DNA of 28,833 bases. It comes from Cocleimonas sp. (GTDB lineage: Bacteria > Pseudomonadota > Gammaproteobacteria > Thiotrichales > Thiotrichaceae). Positions 27,174-28,833 of the stretch are shown here, piece by piece (positions within the stretch are counted from its first letter, which is position 1; each line of letters opens with the position of its first letter). Location: positions 1 to 28,833 of the forward strand of contig JAGLDT010000127.1 of NCBI GenBank assembly GCA_023145485.1, in the 5' to 3' direction. The notes under the pieces were generated by a model. It saw only the letters and a list, made by a program, of their open reading frames with translations, was not told the DNA's origin and made no database searches. A program made the translations under genes and the position numbers.

Positions 27174-27953
27174 ATGAATATTCAGCAACGTATTTGGGTC
27201 GGATTATCCTTATTTGCCCTCATCACCGCTAGCGCAGGCGTTTATGGAAAAGATAAAATTAAAACGTGTGCAGACCTGAAAACAAACACCATTCTTAAAA
27301 AAGCACGGCCTTACAAGTCGACCATTGAAAAATATGCGCGCTTGAATGGTGTCAATGCAGATTTTGTACTGGCCATTGCTGCTGTAGAAACCTGTTTTAA
27401 TGCACGTGCCGTCTCTCCTGTTGGCGCAAAAGGTCTTATGCAACTGATGCCTGCAACAGCTAAACGCTTTGGTGTCAATCGTCGCTCAAATGTCAAGCAA
27501 AGTATTAAGGGAGGCACAAAATACCTTAAATTCTTAATGCGTCACTATAAGCACGATATGCGACATGCCGCTGCGGCTTATAATGCGGGTGAGGGTCGAG
27601 TTGATAAATATAAGGGCGTTCCTCCTTATCGTGAAACACGTCGTTATGTGAAAAATGTTCTGAGAATTTATAATAAGCTAACGACACATCGTAAATCTTC
27701 GAAGAAACTAAGGCCTATACAACGTGTAAGTCGAAAATTTTCGAAGAAGCTACGTTCTGCGCAGCGCGTAAAGCATAAATCTTTAAAGAAATCGAATTCT
27801 ATACGGCGTGTTAGCCAAAAGGTAAGAAGGCAGTCGTCAATTAGTCGTAGTAGCAAACATATTAAAATGTACAAAACTTTAAAGCTAACGTCTAAAAAAA
27901 CAATGTCAGAAAAACAAACCTTTCAGTTAGCGGCTAGATTATTGCTTCGATAG
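27174..27953 (+). CDS. Exported lytic transglycosylase (SLT domain) with a basic repeat tail
   Basis: AVET (catalytic Glu), AVSP.GAKGLMQLMP.TA, AAYNAGEG and PPYRETRRYV; signal peptide. Confidence 0.9.
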   Translation: MNIQQRIWVGLSLFALITASAGVYGKDKIKTCADLKTNTILKKARPYKSTIEKYARLNGVNADFVLAIAAVETCFNARAVSPVGAKGLMQLMPATAKRFGVNRRSNVKQSIKGGTKYLKFLMRHYKHDMRHAAAAYNAGEGRVDKYKGVPPYRETRRYVKNVLRIYNKLTTHRKSSKKLRPIQRVSRKFSKKLRSAQRVKHKSLKKSNSIRRVSQKVRRQSSISRSSKHIKMYKTLKLTSKKTMSEKQTFQLAARLLLR

Positions 27954-27984
27954 GTCAATATTTCCTCCATGATGAGATCATGCT

Positions 27985-28764
27985 ATGCCTTCCATCCTTC
28001 CTGTCTCTGCATTTTCTGATAATTATATCTGGCTACTTTGTGATGATAAACAACAGTATACTGCTATTATTGACCCTGGGGATGCAGCCCCTGTGATTGC
28101 GATGCTTGAGAAAAAAAAGATACAACCGATTGCTATTTTAATTACTCATCGACATAGCGATCATATTGCTGGTGTTCCAGCCTTACTGCAAAAATACCCT
28201 GAACTTCCTGTTTATGGATCTGAAAAAGAGAGCATACCCAAGCTTACTCGTGCGGTAAAACAGGGGGATTTTATTACTTTAGCAGAGATTGATATTAAGT
28301 TAGAAGTACTGGAAACCTTTGGGCATACTGCTGGACACCTGAGTTATTATGCTGAAAGGTTACTTTTTTGTGGTGATACTTTATTTTCGAATGGTTGCGG
28401 GCGTATTTTTGACGGTACAATAGAGGATTTATATGCCTCATTAGAAAAAATAGCTAAATTACCTGCTGATACTCAAATATTTTGTGCACATGAATATACA
28501 TTAGATAATATTGGTTTTTCTAAATGGGTAGAGCCAGAAAATAAAGATTTATTAGCGCGTGAAATTGCTTGCTGGATGTTAATTGATGAAGATAAACCAA
28601 CTATACCGAGTTTGCTTTCTAATGAATTAAAAACTAATCCATTTTTGCGTTGCCACAAAGAAACAGTCATTCAAGCTGCAGAAAAATTTGCAGGGAAACC
28701 CTTAAATTACCCTGTTGAGGTTTTTAGGGCGATTCGTCAATGGAAAGATAGTGAGTACGATTGA
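27985..28764 (+). CDS. gloB: Hydroxyacylglutathione hydrolase (glyoxalase II)
   Basis: DNYIW, THRHSDH, GHT.GH, FCGDTLFS.GCGR, CAHEYT and TNPFLR. Confidence 0.95.
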   Translation: MPSILPVSAFSDNYIWLLCDDKQQYTAIIDPGDAAPVIAMLEKKKIQPIAILITHRHSDHIAGVPALLQKYPELPVYGSEKESIPKLTRAVKQGDFITLAEIDIKLEVLETFGHTAGHLSYYAERLLFCGDTLFSNGCGRIFDGTIEDLYASLEKIAKLPADTQIFCAHEYTLDNIGFSKWVEPENKDLLAREIACWMLIDEDKPTIPSLLSNELKTNPFLRCHKETVIQAAEKFAGKPLNYPVEVFRAIRQWKDSEYD

Positions 28765-28788
28765 TGTTCTCGGACAGTCTCCTTCTTA

Positions 28789-28833
28789 GGACTGAGGATT
28801 CAATAACGCCCGAACTCTAATTTGCCTTTTTGT
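28789..28833. mobile_element. MITE/ERIC-like element, copy 3 (left end, cut by the window edge)
   Basis: TA followed by GGACTGAGGATTCAATAACGCCCGAACTCTAATTTGCC, colinear with the left end of copy 2. Confidence 0.7.

Overview
AT-rich gammaproteobacterial chromosome segment. The gene repertoire looks Thiotrichaceae-like or sulfur-oxidiser-like, but that is inference only. Housekeeping blocks: yrbG-kdsD-kdsC-lptC-lptA-lptB (no rpoN after lptB), glcDEF, apaH, ppiC, glnK-amtB-rsmG and gloB. Between them are accessory genes: an SGNH/CE6-like esterase followed by two paralogous secreted ankyrin proteins, a decayed RND adaptor gene, a split YeeE/YedE sulfur-transporter pair, an 811-aa surface protein that looks like an inverse autotransporter with an inserted OmpA-like domain, a clan GH-A-like exported protein with a polybasic tail, a tail-anchored ORFan coupled to apaH, a standalone SF1 helicase and a lytic transglycosylase with a basic repeat tail. 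Three copies of an unannotated ~160-bp MITE-like element are present; one visibly split an older hairpin and duplicated a TA. CsrA/RsmA-type motifs precede three exported-protein genes. I saw no rRNA, tRNA, CRISPR array, transposase or integrase. All family calls come from motif recognition, not database searches.
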